Shown here: positions 62,257 through 64,000 of the stretch, piece by piece
Position numbering within the stretch: position 1 is the stretch's first letter
How the letters are laid out: every line of letters starts with the position of its first letter
Sequence record: DRR723986_576
DNA length: 64,000 nt
Direction: 5' to 3' (one strand)
Program-made: the position numbers and the translations under genes
The notes under the pieces: model-generated
What the model saw: only the letters and a program-made list of their open reading frames with translations
Told to the model about the DNA's origin: nothing
Database searches by the model: none

Positions 62257-62862
62257 ATGGCGCGACCACTCCAATTCGACCGCGACTCCGCTCTGCGCCA
62301 AGCCACCGCGCTTTTTTGGACGCAGGGCTATCACGCCACGTCTCTGTCGATGTTGCTGGATTGCATGGGAATTGCGCGCAGTAGCTTCTATGCCAGCTTC
62401 GTTGATAAGCGCAGCCTGTTTATGGAGTGCCTTGAGCTGTTCGGCCAGCGAACAGCGGCAAAGATGCCAGCGCTAACAACAGAAGCCCCGCTATCCGTCA
62501 TTGGCGATTTTTTTGCGGCAACACTGTTGAATGTCAAAACAGAACAACTGCAAAAAGGCTGCCTGCTGGTCAATTCCATTCTTGAGCTGGCGGAAACCGA
62601 TCCCCAGCTCAGCGAATTGTCGTCGAAACAGCTGAGTATTATTCAAGGTGCCTTCGAACAAGCACTGCACGCCGCCGCCGAACAAGGGCACTTTGTTTCA
62701 ACGCTTTCCGCGGCGGAGGCAGCTGAGCAACTGATGATCATCAACCAGGGCCTGCGTGTACAAAGCCGCAAAGGCACCGACAAAACACAGCTGTGGAGCA
62801 GCTTCCAGACCAGTTTACGGCTGCTTGGCCTCGACCCGTCCGCGACTGCCGTTTCACGTTAA
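62257..62862 (+). CDS. TetR/AcrR-family regulator (NemR/ComR-like)
   Basis: MARPLQFD...FW.QGY.ATS...SFYASF..K and KGCLLVNS; start ATG 62257. Confidence 0.9.
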   Translation: MARPLQFDRDSALRQATALFWTQGYHATSLSMLLDCMGIARSSFYASFVDKRSLFMECLELFGQRTAAKMPALTTEAPLSVIGDFFAATLLNVKTEQLQKGCLLVNSILELAETDPQLSELSSKQLSIIQGAFEQALHAAAEQGHFVSTLSAAEAAEQLMIINQGLRVQSRKGTDKTQLWSSFQTSLRLLGLDPSATAVSR

Positions 62863-62893
62863 CCGGATACCCCTAACCATACGGAGCAAAATA

Positions 62894-63769
62894 ATGACCA
62901 ATAGCTTTCGTGCACAGAAGAAATTTATCGACATCGACGGCCGACAATTAGCGTATATCGAAAAAGGCAGCGGCGACCCGATTGTGCTGCTTCACGGCAA
63001 TCCCACATCGTCGTATTTGTGGCGAAACGTTATTCCGGAACTCGAGGGTAAGGGCCGTGTGATCGTGCCTGATCTCATCGGTCAGGGTGATTCTGAGAAG
63101 CTCCCACCGGAGCTTGGCCCCGAGCGCTACAGCTTTGCAACCGCGTATCAGTTTTTGGATCGCATGCTGAGCGCCTTGGGGGTTGATCGCAATGTCACCC
63201 TTGTGTTGCACGATTGGGGCAGCGGCCTTGGCTTCCACTGGGCTTGCGAACACCCCGATGCGATCGGCGGTATCGCTTATATGGAAGCCATTGTTACCAC
63301 GATTACCTGGGACGACTGGCCTGAGGCTGCAAAAGGAATTTTCCAGGGTTTTCGCAGCGACAGTGGAGAAGAACTCGTTCTGCAACGCAATATGTTTATC
63401 GAAGCGGTACTACCAAGCTCCATTATTCGTCAACTCAGTGACGAGGAAATGGCCGAATATCGCCGCCCGTTTTCTACCCCAGACGAGCGTCAGCCCACGC
63501 TGAATTGGCCGCGACAAATTCCTATAAATGGCGAACCCGCCGACGTTCACACCATTGTGGAGCGCTACTCGCAGTTTATGGCGAAGTCTGATTTTCCCAA
63601 GCTATTTATTAATGCCGAGCCGGGGTCAATTCTGGTTGGCCGGCAGCGCGAGCTCTGCCGGTCCTGGCCCAACCAACAAGAGGTTACCGTTAAGGGCCTG
63701 CACTTTATTCAGGAAGACTCCCCGCAGGAAATCGGCCAGGCTATCGCCCAGTGGCTACAAATGCGCTAA
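62894..63769 (+). CDS. Haloalkane dehalogenase (HLD-II, LinB/DhaA-like)
   Basis: HGNPTSSYLWR, nucleophile HDWG, acid YMEA, WPRQIP and base GLHFIQED; start ATG 62894. Confidence 0.92.
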   Translation: MTNSFRAQKKFIDIDGRQLAYIEKGSGDPIVLLHGNPTSSYLWRNVIPELEGKGRVIVPDLIGQGDSEKLPPELGPERYSFATAYQFLDRMLSALGVDRNVTLVLHDWGSGLGFHWACEHPDAIGGIAYMEAIVTTITWDDWPEAAKGIFQGFRSDSGEELVLQRNMFIEAVLPSSIIRQLSDEEMAEYRRPFSTPDERQPTLNWPRQIPINGEPADVHTIVERYSQFMAKSDFPKLFINAEPGSILVGRQRELCRSWPNQQEVTVKGLHFIQEDSPQEIGQAIAQWLQMR

Positions 63770-63795
63770 GCCGTTATTAACGTGTTGAGAGAACA

Positions 63796-64000
63796 ATGAA
63801 ACCACTTTCTCTAGTACTAATTTTTAAGATCCTCGGCACCGTAATCCTCTGGTGCCTCCCACTGCTGTTATTCCCGGCGACCATGCTGGAAAGCCTCGGC
63901 CTCCCGGCGCAGAACAGCTATATGTTCGTTCGCCTACTGGGCTGGGCATATTTAGCCCTGTGTGTGGGTTATGGCTTTGCGCTGCGTGAAGCGCTCCGTG
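63796..64000 (+). CDS. Hypothetical membrane protein (partial, runs off the window)
   Basis: Hand translation MKPLSLVLIFKILGTVILWCLPLLLFP...FVRLLGWAYLALCVGYGFAL; frame stays open to the end. Confidence 0.7.
   Translation, partial: MKPLSLVLIFKILGTVILWCLPLLLFPATMLESLGLPAQNSYMFVRLLGWAYLALCVGYGFALREALR

Overview
Mostly core chromosome of a GC-rich gammaproteobacterium. The gene order is Pseudomonas/Cellvibrionales-like; a marine Spongiibacteraceae-type organism is an inference, not established. The backbone is ilvE-glnE-gspE, DUF47-pit-argE, rpmBG, radC-coaBC-algC-argB-slmA, pyrE/crc/rph/yicC, gmk-rpoZ-spoT-ridA and oxyR-recG. Accessory modules are interspersed: a GT4/methyltransferase/(alpha/alpha)6 'prenyltransferase-like' operon, a TonB receptor-PepSY pair with a RegA-type box, and a LuxR-type regulator facing an unannotated ~145-nt structured RNA candidate. 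Others are nsrR-truncated haemoglobin, an AddAB-like pair, nhaR with an HPF-like/sbtA/sbtB operon inserted between yicC and gmk, ColRS-like/czcCBA-like genes, PhoD and a TetR-haloalkane dehalogenase unit. slmA and its convergent neighbour both appear 3'-truncated at one microhomology junction. I saw no tRNA, rRNA, CRISPR array or intact transposase. All calls come from motif and synteny recognition by eye; no database searches were run.
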